The notes: a model not told the origin generated them from the sequence alone. DNA of 28,213 nucleotides from an uncultured Roseburia sp. (GCA_964457015.1 CAYWDL010000004.1:1-28213), one strand, 5' to 3'; counted from the first letter of the stretch, positions 9,051 through 18,095 are shown. Numbers and translations: made by a program.

Positions 9051-9066
9051 TGTTTCACGTGAAACA
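9051..9066. promoter_or_regulatory. parS centromere site 2
   Basis: TGTTTCACGTGAAACA; the palindrome extends to 9049-9068; 31 nt upstream of the parA start. Confidence 0.95.
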
Positions 9067-9097
9067 TTAAAATAAATTTAATATGGAAAGGATTACT

Positions 9098-9868
9098 ATG
9101 GGAAGAATTATCGCAATTGCTAATCAAAAGGGCGGTGTAGGTAAAACTACAACTTCTACAAATTTGTCCGCATGTTTAGCTGAAAAAGGAAAAAAAGTTT
9201 TATTAGTTGATATTGATCCACAGGGAAATGCCAGTAGTGGTGTAGGAATAAACAAGAATGAGTTAGAAAACACGGTATATGAGATGATTATTGGAGAATG
9301 CACATTAAAGGATTGCATGCTTGAAAATGTATTAGAAAATCTTAGTGTATTACCTTCTAACGTTAATCTGGCTGGAGCTGAGATTGATTTGATCGGTGTT
9401 GATGAAAGAGAGTTTATATTAAAAAAATGTATTGAGGAAGTAAAGGACAATTATGATTTTATTATAATTGATTGTCCGCCATCATTGAACATGCTTACGG
9501 TAAATGCTATGACAACTGCTGATTCAGTGTTGGTGCCAATTCAGTGTGAATACTATGCATTGGAAGGTTTATCTCAATTAATACATACAATTAATCTTGT
9601 AAAAGAAAGATTGAATCCTGACCTTCAGATGGAAGGAGTGGTATTTACAATGTTTGATGCTCGTACAAATCTGTCTTTAGAGGTTGTGGAAAATGTAAAG
9701 GATAATTTGAAGCAGAATGTATATAAGACGATTATTCCTAGAAATGTAAAGCTTGCTGAAGCTCCAAGTTATGGATTACCTATTAATTTATACGATACAA
9801 GATCTGCCGGGGCAGAAAGCTACAGACTTTTAGCAGAAGAAGTAATTGAGTACAGCTTAGAGGATTAG
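9098..9868 (+). CDS. parA: Chromosome partitioning ATPase ParA/Soj
   Basis: Deviant Walker A NQKGGVGKTTT, DIDPQGNAS, IIDCPPSL, QCEYYALEGL, IPRNVKLAEAPSYG. Start ATG 9098 behind AAAGGA. Confidence 0.96.
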   Translation: MGRIIAIANQKGGVGKTTTSTNLSACLAEKGKKVLLVDIDPQGNASSGVGINKNELENTVYEMIIGECTLKDCMLENVLENLSVLPSNVNLAGAEIDLIGVDEREFILKKCIEEVKDNYDFIIIDCPPSLNMLTVNAMTTADSVLVPIQCEYYALEGLSQLIHTINLVKERLNPDLQMEGVVFTMFDARTNLSLEVVENVKDNLKQNVYKTIIPRNVKLAEAPSYGLPINLYDTRSAGAESYRLLAEEVIEYSLED

Positions 9869-9881
9869 AGAGGAAAAAAAG

Positions 9882-10790
9882 ATGGCAGTAAAAAAGAAAA
9901 GTGGTTTAGGAAAAGGCTTAGATACAATGATTCCTGTTGGTAAAATCGAAAAACCAAAGGAAAAGGTTGTAGAAAAGGTGGTTGAGAAGGTCGTAGAGAA
10001 AAAAGTTGAAACTTTGATTAGAGTAGCAGATATTGAGCCAAATAGAGAACAGCCTAGAAAGAATTTTAATGAGGATGCATTGCAGGAATTAGCTGATTCT
10101 ATCAAGCTTCATGGTGTTATTCAACCTTTGATTTTGCAAAAGAAGGATGGTTATTATTCAATCATAGCAGGTGAAAGACGCTGGAGAGCGGCTAAGCTTG
10201 CCGGATTAAAGGAAGTTCCGGCTGTTATCAAGGATTATACTGATAGAGAGGTTATGGAAATCGCTTTAATCGAAAATATTCAGAGAGAGGATTTGAATCC
10301 AATTGAAGAAGCATTTGCGTATAAGAGATTGATAAAAGAGCATAATCTTAAACAGGATGAAGTTGCTGAAAGAGTAAGTAAGAGTCGTGTTGCAATAACA
10401 AATTCAATGAGATTATTGAAGCTTAGTGAAACTGTTCAGCAGATGGTTATTGATGAAAAGCTTTCAAGCGGTCACGCCAGGGCTCTTTTAGCCATAGAAG
10501 ATGAAAAATTGCAGATAGCAACAGCGGAAAAGGTATTTGATGATAATCTTAGCGTAAGAGAAACAGAAAAGCTTATCAAAGAATTGCGTAATCCAAAGGA
10601 AGTGAAGCCTAAAGAAGTATATAAGGATGAGTTTGTATATACTGATTTAAAGGAAAAGTTTGCTTCTATATTTGGAACAAAGGTTGAAATTAAGCGCAAG
10701 ACAAAGGATAAGGGAAAAATAGAGATATCATATTCATCTAATGATGAGCTGGATAGAATTATGAATATGGTGAATAAGCTTAAGAAGTAG
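9882..10790 (+). CDS. parB: Chromosome partitioning protein ParB/Spo0J
   Basis: LGKGLD ParA-interaction tail, QPRKNF, CTP-binding GERRWRA, ENIQREDLNPIEEA, HTH KSRVAITNSMRLL. Confidence 0.96.
   Translation: MAVKKKSGLGKGLDTMIPVGKIEKPKEKVVEKVVEKVVEKKVETLIRVADIEPNREQPRKNFNEDALQELADSIKLHGVIQPLILQKKDGYYSIIAGERRWRAAKLAGLKEVPAVIKDYTDREVMEIALIENIQREDLNPIEEAFAYKRLIKEHNLKQDEVAERVSKSRVAITNSMRLLKLSETVQQMVIDEKLSSGHARALLAIEDEKLQIATAEKVFDDNLSVRETEKLIKELRNPKEVKPKEVYKDEFVYTDLKEKFASIFGTKVEIKRKTKDKGKIEISYSSNDELDRIMNMVNKLKK
9960..10007 (+). repeat. Four imperfect 12-nt coding repeats (EKVV)n in the ParB linker
   Basis: GAAAAGGTTGTA GAAAAGGTGGTT GAGAAGGTCGTA GAGAAAAAAGTT. Confidence 0.7.
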
Positions 10791-10812
10791 AGGATGAGAA
10801 AGGAAGTTGATT

Positions 10813-11337
10813 ATGACAAGTAAGCTTTTTGAGAAGATGGGTATCAATGGAATGGATCTGGGAATAGTATTAATTGTGATGCTGATTCTTATAATAGTAG
10901 CATTTGTTATGCTTGTATTAAGTAATAAGAAGATAAAGGCTTTGGAAGAAAAATATGAAAGCTTTATGAAGGGTAAGGATGCAAAGAGTCTTGAGGATAC
11001 TATTTTAAAGAGATTCAAGCAAATAGATGCTCTTGTTTCTGAAAATGAAAAGAAGACAACACAGCTTGAGGAAATTAATGAAATATTGACAACAACATTT
11101 CAGAAAAAGGGTGTTGTCAAGTATGATGCATTTCATGAAATGGGCGGAAAGTTAAGCTTTGCATTGGTTATGCTTGATAAGGAAGATAATGGTTTTGTGA
11201 TAAATTCAATGCATAGCAGAGAAGGCTGTTATACTTATATTAAAGAGATAATTGGTGGAGAGTCATATATTCCACTTGGAACAGAGGAAAAAGAGGCATT
11301 GGATAAGGCATTAGGTAAGGATTTAGAAATAAAGTAA
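10813..11337 (+). CDS. DUF4446-family membrane-anchored protein
   Basis: Single N-terminal TM, coiled coil, KYDAFHEMGGKLSFALVMLD...NGFVINSMHSREGCYTYIK; usual position after parB in Clostridia. Start ATG 10813 or TTG 10807. Confidence 0.8.
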   Translation: MTSKLFEKMGINGMDLGIVLIVMLILIIVAFVMLVLSNKKIKALEEKYESFMKGKDAKSLEDTILKRFKQIDALVSENEKKTTQLEEINEILTTTFQKKGVVKYDAFHEMGGKLSFALVMLDKEDNGFVINSMHSREGCYTYIKEIIGGESYIPLGTEEKEALDKALGKDLEIK

Positions 11338-11347
11338 GGTGCTTTGG

Positions 11348-13495
11348 ATGAAGGATAGGTTTAGAGAGAGTAAATATGGATATTATGCGGTGGTAACACT
11401 GATAGTAGTATTAATAGTAAATGTATTTCTTGTGGGATATTTATTCGTTGTAAAAAGCGATTACAGTATGCTTGTTATTGTGATGCTTTCAGTAATTAAC
11501 TGCGTATTAATGCTGTTAGCTACATTTCTTTTAAATAATAAAAAAGAGGAACATAGTGAGAAAATTGAAGAGCTGGCTTATAAGGATTTTGAGACAAATA
11601 TCTACAATTTGAACTATTTAAATGATAACTATAAAAGCATTGTGAAGCGTATGGGAATAGGCAACTGTGCATATTTTACAATAGATATTGATAATTTCAA
11701 GTATGTTAATAACCTTATGGGATATGAGGCCGGTAATGATATACTTTCCATAATATCTGAGGTAATGAAGGAAAATTCAAAAGAAAAAGAATTAGTTATC
11801 AGAGTAGGTGGAGACATCTTCGGTATGATTATTGCAGAAAGTAGTCAGGATGCCATTATATGCAGAATTGAGGAAATATATGAAGGAATTAATAAAAGGA
11901 TATCGGCCCTTTACACACAAAGAGCGAATATCAATTTCTCATGTGGTGTATGTATAATAGAGGATGGCGCTTCAACTGTAAAGCAGGTGGTTGATAAGTC
12001 TAATTTCGCCAGAAAATCCGCAAAGAATTCATATAGCGAAAGTATTATTTTCTTCGATGAAAAGATGCAGGAAACTATTAAGAATCGTATGGAAATTGAA
12101 GAGGATATGGAGTCAGCCCTTGTTAAAAAGGAGTTTTTGATTTATCTTCAGCCAAAGGTAAATATGATAACCGGTAAGCTATATGGTGCAGAAGCCTTGG
12201 TAAGATGGCAGCATAAAACAAAAGGGTTTATGATGCCTGGAGTTTTTCTTCCTGTTTTCGAGGAAAATGGCTTTATTCTCACATTGGATTATTATGTATT
12301 TGAAGAGGTGTGTAGATTAAAGAGAAAATGGTACGATATGGGTAAGAATTTCCCAATTGTATCAGTAAATATGTCAAGACTACATATATATGATAAGAAT
12401 TTTATCTATAATCTTTTGGAAATTGCAAAGAAGTACGATATTGAACCACAGGAGTTGGAGATAGAGGTTACGGAAAATGCATTTTTTGAGGATTCACAGA
12501 TGCTTTTGGCCTTTACAGACGACTTGAAGAGAGTTGGATTTAAGGTGTCCATTGATGATTTTGGCTCAGGTTTTTCTTCACTAAATATGTTGAAGGATAT
12601 TAATGCTGATGTGTTAAAAATCGATAGAAACTTCCTTATCAGTATGGATAAAAATGATGGTAAGGGAAAGAAAATTCTTAAAAATGTTATTGCAATGGCA
12701 AGAGATTTGAAAATTGACATTGTTACTGAAGGTGTTGAAAATATAGGACAGATTGAGGTTCTTACAAACTATGGATGTGAAATTGCTCAAGGCTTTTATT
12801 ATGCCAAGCCTATGTCCGTGGAAGAATATGAAATATTTGCGGGAGTTCATGGAGAATTCGTGGAAACAGCGTGTTTGTATAGATTCGATGGCGATTTTCG
12901 TGATGAATATGATGGTGAGGATGCTAAGGTTGTTGGTAGTGGCTTTGAATTCCGAGAAGGCATTATAAAGGGCACAAAGGCTTTGTTTATGCCGGGAGGA
13001 AAGGTAAGCGAAAATTATATTCAGATACCGGCAAAGTACCTTAAGGAAGAAAGCTTTACTATTTCAGTATGGATGAATACCGGTGAGGTGTTCTCCCAGT
13101 GGTCGTCATTGATATATGGCGAATACGAAACAGGCTTTATGTCATTTATGCCGGTTGCATGGAACGGTTCCATGTCATTTAGAATAATGGATGCAACATA
13201 TACAGAAGGTTGGCATGATACTCATTATCCGGCAATTATCAAGAAAAACCAGTGGTATAATATTGTTCTTACATACAATGCAAAGCTGGAGGTTACAAGA
13301 TTGTATGTAAATGGTGATGCCGTAGGATACAGAGGTCATGTTCCACCACTTAGAGGTATAAAGAGCATTTATCTTGGTGGAGATATTTATCAGCAGTCAA
13401 TGTCCTGTCTTGTATGTAATCTTATGATTTCGGATCAGGTTAAGACAAGTAGTGAAATTAGACAGAATTACAATGATATGGTTGATGTAATGTAA
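11348..13495 (+). CDS. Membrane-anchored GGDEF-EAL c-di-GMP enzyme (likely phosphodiesterase) with a C-terminal LamG/concanavalin-like domain
   Basis: Two TMs; DIDNFKYVN and RVGGDIF; YLQPKV, GAEALVRW, DDFGSGFSSL, EGVE, QGFYYAKP; then SFTISVW...QWYNIVLTY...RLYVNG...IYLGG. Start ATG 11348 or GTG 11339. Confidence 0.85.
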   Translation: MKDRFRESKYGYYAVVTLIVVLIVNVFLVGYLFVVKSDYSMLVIVMLSVINCVLMLLATFLLNNKKEEHSEKIEELAYKDFETNIYNLNYLNDNYKSIVKRMGIGNCAYFTIDIDNFKYVNNLMGYEAGNDILSIISEVMKENSKEKELVIRVGGDIFGMIIAESSQDAIICRIEEIYEGINKRISALYTQRANINFSCGVCIIEDGASTVKQVVDKSNFARKSAKNSYSESIIFFDEKMQETIKNRMEIEEDMESALVKKEFLIYLQPKVNMITGKLYGAEALVRWQHKTKGFMMPGVFLPVFEENGFILTLDYYVFEEVCRLKRKWYDMGKNFPIVSVNMSRLHIYDKNFIYNLLEIAKKYDIEPQELEIEVTENAFFEDSQMLLAFTDDLKRVGFKVSIDDFGSGFSSLNMLKDINADVLKIDRNFLISMDKNDGKGKKILKNVIAMARDLKIDIVTEGVENIGQIEVLTNYGCEIAQGFYYAKPMSVEEYEIFAGVHGEFVETACLYRFDGDFRDEYDGEDAKVVGSGFEFREGIIKGTKALFMPGGKVSENYIQIPAKYLKEESFTISVWMNTGEVFSQWSSLIYGEYETGFMSFMPVAWNGSMSFRIMDATYTEGWHDTHYPAIIKKNQWYNIVLTYNAKLEVTRLYVNGDAVGYRGHVPPLRGIKSIYLGGDIYQQSMSCLVCNLMISDQVKTSSEIRQNYNDMVDVM

Positions 13496-13506
13496 TAACA
13501 AAAAGT

Positions 13507-13605
13507 TCTCCGCAGGATGCGCACCTCGCGGAGAGGAGAATAATTGCGTTGCAATTCCGCTCGGGCGCGAAGAGTTTGCGAAGCAAACTCTATTTTAATA
13601 GAGTT
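13507..13605. repeat. GC-rich multi-hairpin intergenic element (REP-like and/or bidirectional terminator)
   Basis: TCTCCGC...GCGGAGA (13507-13534), AATTGC-gtt-GCAATT (13542-13556), AGAGTTTGC-gaa-GCAAACTCT (13571-13591) and an alternative AACTCTATT-tt-AATAGAGTT (13586-13605), all between convergent genes. Confidence 0.65.
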
Positions 13606-14677
13606 AAGCCTCAATAGTTTCCTTAATCAGGTTTACAATGGTTGTAACAGCATCTGTCATAGATGAATTATTAATAGCTTCAATGTATTTATCCCTGTTA
13701 TTATATACGTCGTCAATAGCTTCAATTAATGTCTGAGTAGACAGGGTTTCTTCCGGCAATACCTTGCTAAAGCCCTGATTTTCAAAGGAATTTGCATTAA
13801 GTATCTGGTCTCCGCGACTTGCGCTGGCAGGAAGCGGAATAAGTATACTTGGTTTCTTCAATGCCTGAATCTCACAGATGGCATTGGCGCCGGCTCTTGA
13901 GATAACAAGGTCGGACATTGCAAATATATCCTTCATTTCATCCTTAATATATTCAAACTGCACATATCCATCCATATTATTCAATGTGGAATCAGTCTTT
14001 CCCTTTCCACAAAGATGAACAATCTGGTACTTTGGAAGAAGGCTAAACAAAGCTTCACGCACAGCCTTGTTGATAGCTTCTGAACCAAGACTTCCACCAG
14101 TAACCATAATAACAGGCTTGTTGGCGGTAAAACTGCATAAATCAAGACCTGCCAATTTGTTTCCTGTCATCAATTCCTTACGAATAGGTGAGCCTGTGAG
14201 CAGGGATTTATTTTCGGGAAGGTGTTGTGCTGTTTCAGGGAAATTATGGCAAACCATCTTAGCATAAGGAATAGATATCTTGTTTGCTAATCCGGGAGTC
14301 ATATCCGATTCATGAATAATGATTGGTACCTTATACTTCTTAGCAGCCAGAACAACTGGAACACTGACAAAGCCTCCCTTTGAGAAGAGCACGTCAGGTT
14401 GATATTCCTTAACGATTTGCTTTGCTTCGGCGTAGCCCTTTACAACTCTAAATGGGTCGGTAAGGTTCTTCATAGAAAGATAACGGCGCAGCTTTCCGCT
14501 GGAAATACCCTTATAAGGAACGCCTATATCTTCAATGAGCTTTTTTTCAATACCATCATATGAGCCAACGTAAAGTATGTCGTAGCCTAATTTCTTAAGC
14601 TCTGGAATTAATGCCATATTCGGTGTAACATGTCCGGCAGTACCACCACCGGTTAATAATACTTTTTTTGTATCCAT
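13604..14677 (-). CDS. murG: Undecaprenyl-PP-MurNAc-pentapeptide GlcNAc transferase MurG
   Basis: TGGGTAGHVTP, SKGGFVSVP, HESD, GSPIR, GGSLG, SRAGA, DQILNA. Start ATG 14677 behind GAGG. Confidence 0.95.
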   Translation of the reverse strand: MDTKKVLLTGGGTAGHVTPNMALIPELKKLGYDILYVGSYDGIEKKLIEDIGVPYKGISSGKLRRYLSMKNLTDPFRVVKGYAEAKQIVKEYQPDVLFSKGGFVSVPVVLAAKKYKVPIIIHESDMTPGLANKISIPYAKMVCHNFPETAQHLPENKSLLTGSPIRKELMTGNKLAGLDLCSFTANKPVIMVTGGSLGSEAINKAVREALFSLLPKYQIVHLCGKGKTDSTLNNMDGYVQFEYIKDEMKDIFAMSDLVISRAGANAICEIQALKKPSILIPLPASASRGDQILNANSFENQGFSKVLPEETLSTQTLIEAIDDVYNNRDKYIEAINNSSMTDAVTTIVNLIKETIEA

Positions 14678-14697
14678 AAGAAATATCCTCACTTAAA

Positions 14698-15117
14698 TTA
14701 CATTGATTTACTTAATAATTCACACAATTCCTTTGCAGCCTCAGCATCGATAGGTGCCGGGTCATTAAATGATAATTCAAATGTATCATCATCATATCTT
14801 GGAATTATGTGAAGATGGAAATGAAATACAGTCTGACCGGCAACAGCCTCGTTGTTCTGCAAAATGTTAAGGCCTGTGCAACCAAGAGTAGCTTTCATAA
14901 CATTTGCCACCTTTTTAGCAACAACCAATATATGAGATGCATACTTTTCATCCAAATCGTAAAGATTTCTGTAGTGTTCCTTTGGAAGAACCAAAGCGTG
15001 TCCCTTTGTTACAGGACTTGCATCAAGAATTACTCTCACTAAATCGTCCTCGTAAATAGTGTTTGTAGGGAAAATACCATTTGCTAATTTACAAAAAATA
15101 CAGTTATCATCATGCAT
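14698..15117 (-). CDS. HIT-family nucleotide hydrolase
   Basis: NCIFCK, GHALVLPK, AGQTVFHFHLHIIPR histidine triad. Confidence 0.95.
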   Translation of the reverse strand: MHDDNCIFCKLANGIFPTNTIYEDDLVRVILDASPVTKGHALVLPKEHYRNLYDLDEKYASHILVVAKKVANVMKATLGCTGLNILQNNEAVAGQTVFHFHLHIIPRYDDDTFELSFNDPAPIDAEAAKELCELLSKSM

Positions 15118-15202
15118 AATTTTATCCTCACTTTATTATATGATTTATTATAGCTTAAAATATATCTAAGGACATTTTACCAAAAAAAAACAGAATAGTC
15201 TA

Positions 15203-15266
15203 TGTCGAAAATTGTCGAGGTAATATGTTTGAACATAAATAATTTTAATGATAAAATTATGTCGAT
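15203..15266 (+). promoter_or_regulatory. Three Spo0A (0A) box-like direct repeats
   Basis: TGTCGAA 15203-15209, TGTCGAG 15213-15219 (10-bp period) and TGTCGAT 15260-15266; 0A consensus is TGNCGAA. Confidence 0.55.
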
Positions 15267-15289
15267 AAATACTAAGGGGGTATAAAAAA

Positions 15290-15982
15290 ATGGATAGTAT
15301 AGAAGTGTTAGATTATAATCAGGAATATAAGGATATGAAGCTGGTGTTAAGAGGCATAGCTCACGAGATGGGCAATGCATTAACGGTGATGGGATATTCC
15401 ATGAAATCATTGGGGAAAATGGACAGTGTCAAGGATAATGAGCACTGGTGTGATTTAAACTCTGATTTTGATTATATTTGCAGATTATATAAGAATTTGT
15501 CAGCATACAATAACAGCCATGATTTGCGAATGGAGGAGGTAAATCTGGACAAGCTGCTGGCATCGCTGGTATCTTCAGTAGGTGATGAGTACATAGATGA
15601 AGCTGTGAGAATTATGTATGAAGGTGTTGAGGATGCATACGTTATGGGCGACGGGGTTAAGCTTAGACAAGTGTTTATAAACATTATCAAGAATGCCTAT
15701 GAAGCTGTTAGAATGGGTGGCTTAGAGAGAAATATAGCTATAACCCTGAGTGACAGGGGCGTTGAATATGAGGTAAAGATAAAAGATAGTGGTTGCGGAA
15801 TTGAAGCAGATAAATTAAACAAAATATTTGAGCCTATGTACTCAGACAAGGAAAATGGAACAGGCCTGGGACTTCCGGTTTGCAGGAATATTGTAGAAAG
15901 TCATAAAGGAAGAATAAGTGTAGCTTCAAAGCCGGGAGTGGGAACGGAGTTTACTATTGAATTAAAAAAAAGTAATGTATAA
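15290..15982 (+). CDS. Orphan soluble histidine kinase (HisKA + HATPase only)
   Basis: H-box AHEMGNAL at residues 24-31, N-box QVFINIIKNAYEA, DSGCGI, IFEP, GTGLGL; no TM or sensor domain and no adjacent response regulator. Confidence 0.88.
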   Translation: MDSIEVLDYNQEYKDMKLVLRGIAHEMGNALTVMGYSMKSLGKMDSVKDNEHWCDLNSDFDYICRLYKNLSAYNNSHDLRMEEVNLDKLLASLVSSVGDEYIDEAVRIMYEGVEDAYVMGDGVKLRQVFINIIKNAYEAVRMGGLERNIAITLSDRGVEYEVKIKDSGCGIEADKLNKIFEPMYSDKENGTGLGLPVCRNIVESHKGRISVASKPGVGTEFTIELKKSNV

Positions 15983-16010
15983 AAAAGTCCCTGCCATAGG
16001 CAGGGCTTTT
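15983..16010. terminator. Bidirectional intrinsic terminator
   Basis: AAAAGT-CCCTGCC-ata-GGCAGGG-CTTTT between convergent genes. Confidence 0.8.
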
Positions 16011-16026
16011 GGATTCGTTGTTAAAT

Positions 16027-17016
16027 TTAATTAAATGGGAAAAGCAAATCTAACATTCTAAGAGTCTTAAAATTGCCCTTTGCTGTCATTTCACCGGTCA
16101 TAAATGCCTTTTGGAAGCTTAATCGTCCCTGTACAATATCATTCATTGTGTCGTAGGACAGCTTTGCAAGAACATCCGTGTTGGTTTGCTTTTCGTACTT
16201 ACAATGCAGATTATCGTTTTCTACCTTTACGTGAAGAGATTTGTTTTTATCTTCAATTATGAAAAGATAAGAAGCAGAGAAGTTTTCCTGAGGTGTGAAT
16301 ATGGATGTAAATGATTTTACAAATTCAAGTTCAACATTCTCGCCTGCATCACTGAGCTTGTCCTTAAAGAATGAGGCAAGCTGCTCGATATCCTCCTTCT
16401 GCTGCTTTACATAAATGTCGTCAGACACATACTTTGAAAGCTGCTCGCTCTCCTGTGGTGTCAGGCTTAAGGACTCCTTAATAAGGTTATTCTTAATAGC
16501 CAGCGAGCTTGAAGGAAGGGGTTTAATCTTCTGAGATATTGTTCTATAAATATTCTCGGATCTCTTTTCTATAAAGTTTGCATAAGATTTATTGTGTTCA
16601 AAGTCAATGGCATCTTCCACATAAGCAGTAATTCCTGAACAGGTCATACCACCAAGGAGCTCCCACGAATTCACAAGATGCTGGAAAGCTTCTTTTTCTC
16701 CATATGTTGTAGAAATAATAACTGGTGCCATAAATATTGAGCTAATCTTTTCCTTATCGCCATATAACCAGCATGAATCAAGGAAGCTTTGCATATATCC
16801 GCCGATACCCATCCACTCGACACTACATGCCAAAATAATACCATCGGCATCCTTAAGAGTCTGAGGCAGGGTTGTAATATTATTCTTTTCCTCATAAAGA
16901 TTGTACTTTGTCACATGTACTCTAAGCTCTTCAAGAACTTCTTCAATTTTTTTCAATACGTATAAGGTAGGGTCTTCAATAATACCTCTTCCGCCATAAT
17001 AAACATTTATATTCAA
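16027..17016 (-). CDS. Flavodoxin-like (FMN reductase fold) plus SCP2 sterol/lipid-binding domain protein
   Basis: LKDADGIILACSVEWMGIGGYMQSFLD (flavodoxin-like); C-terminal GRLSFQKAFMTGEMTAKGNF (SCP2). TTG start behind GGGAG. Confidence 0.75.
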   Translation of the reverse strand: MNINVYYGGRGIIEDPTLYVLKKIEEVLEELRVHVTKYNLYEEKNNITTLPQTLKDADGIILACSVEWMGIGGYMQSFLDSCWLYGDKEKISSIFMAPVIISTTYGEKEAFQHLVNSWELLGGMTCSGITAYVEDAIDFEHNKSYANFIEKRSENIYRTISQKIKPLPSSSLAIKNNLIKESLSLTPQESEQLSKYVSDDIYVKQQKEDIEQLASFFKDKLSDAGENVELEFVKSFTSIFTPQENFSASYLFIIEDKNKSLHVKVENDNLHCKYEKQTNTDVLAKLSYDTMNDIVQGRLSFQKAFMTGEMTAKGNFKTLRMLDLLFPFN

Positions 17017-17047
17017 CGCTTTAGTCTCCCATTCATAATCTATAATA

Positions 17048-18064
17048 TTAATATTTTAATATACTTTTGTCACACTTGCAATATATAAAAGAAATAATAA
17101 TTCCAATAATCAAACCGGAAAGGTGCGCAACATTATCTATATTTTCACCTGTAAAGCAGCTTGAAAAAATAAGTAGAGTGATTAAAGCAATTCTATATAT
17201 AGAAATTGGTATTCCCAAGCTTTTATTTCGCAAAAGTGTAATAAGCAGATATGCGCCATATATTCCAAATATTGCTCCCGATGCACCTACAGATATGACT
17301 AACACTCCTGTTTGAGATGACTCATACATATGATACAGTGCCGATGCAAGGCTGGATAAAAGTCCTGATACCAAATACAGGATGGAAAAGTGAATGTGTC
17401 CAAGCTTGTGTTCTGTTTCGTTACCTACAATGGCTAAAGTAATCATATTGTTAATCAGATGGTCTGCGCCTGAATGTATAAACATACAGGTAAATAGCCT
17501 ATATACTTCATGGGAAAAGAATACGGCTGACCAGTTATTAGCACCCAACTCAGTATAATAATAAGGATTACCACTGAGTATATACATAAATATATATACG
17601 GCAACATTGGCTATGATTAAGCCGATGGATATAAAAGGATACTGAACCCGCTTTGCAGGCTGCTTAACCTTCAGTGATTCTTCTATATCAGACTTCAGGT
17701 TGATGAAATCATCAGGCTGATTTTCGTAGATAAGCAGTCGCTGATTTTCAATATCTACAAGCCACATTTTTAAGCCACAGTCCAGCAAGCCTTTATAATA
17801 TGGCAGATTTTTAGTGTATATTATGAATAGAATCTCAACATTTTTCGCCCCCCGCAAAAGAAACTTACGCTCCAATTCATCCTTAAGAGTAAGCAATGAA
17901 CCTGCTTCATAATAATATCTTTTTGTAGTGTCAACTAAAGTAATAATATGAACACTATCATCATCTTTATCATTTTTACAATAAAAATTTATCTCCTCAT
18001 GGTTGCAGGTAAGTCTTTGAAATTGTTTGTTTTCCAGCATTATAGCTGTTTGATGCCAATACAT
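17048..18064 (-). CDS. Rhomboid intramembrane serine protease with an N-terminal soluble domain
   Basis: YRLFTCMFIH...HLINNM, catalytic VGASGAIFG and IDNVAHLSG; multiple TMs. Confidence 0.92.
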   Translation of the reverse strand: MYWHQTAIMLENKQFQRLTCNHEEINFYCKNDKDDDSVHIITLVDTTKRYYYEAGSLLTLKDELERKFLLRGAKNVEILFIIYTKNLPYYKGLLDCGLKMWLVDIENQRLLIYENQPDDFINLKSDIEESLKVKQPAKRVQYPFISIGLIIANVAVYIFMYILSGNPYYYTELGANNWSAVFFSHEVYRLFTCMFIHSGADHLINNMITLAIVGNETEHKLGHIHFSILYLVSGLLSSLASALYHMYESSQTGVLVISVGASGAIFGIYGAYLLITLLRNKSLGIPISIYRIALITLLIFSSCFTGENIDNVAHLSGLIIGIIISFIYCKCDKSILKY

Positions 18065-18095
18065 ATAATAGTCCCTTTCAAATACAAGTAATCAT

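Noticed and set aside
8955..9066. Two identical palindromic repeats as a possible mini-CRISPR
   Set aside because: Only two 16-bp units 96 bp apart, they match parS exactly, and there are no cas genes.
1208..12968. Short alternative ORFs in the track (e.g. 1208-1396, 1634-2026, 3187-3546, 4365-4604, 7495-8052, 7767-7964, 9124-9450, 9857-10105, 10472-11018, 11629-12968)
   Set aside because: Antisense or off-frame shadows of well-supported genes, with no motifs or SDs.
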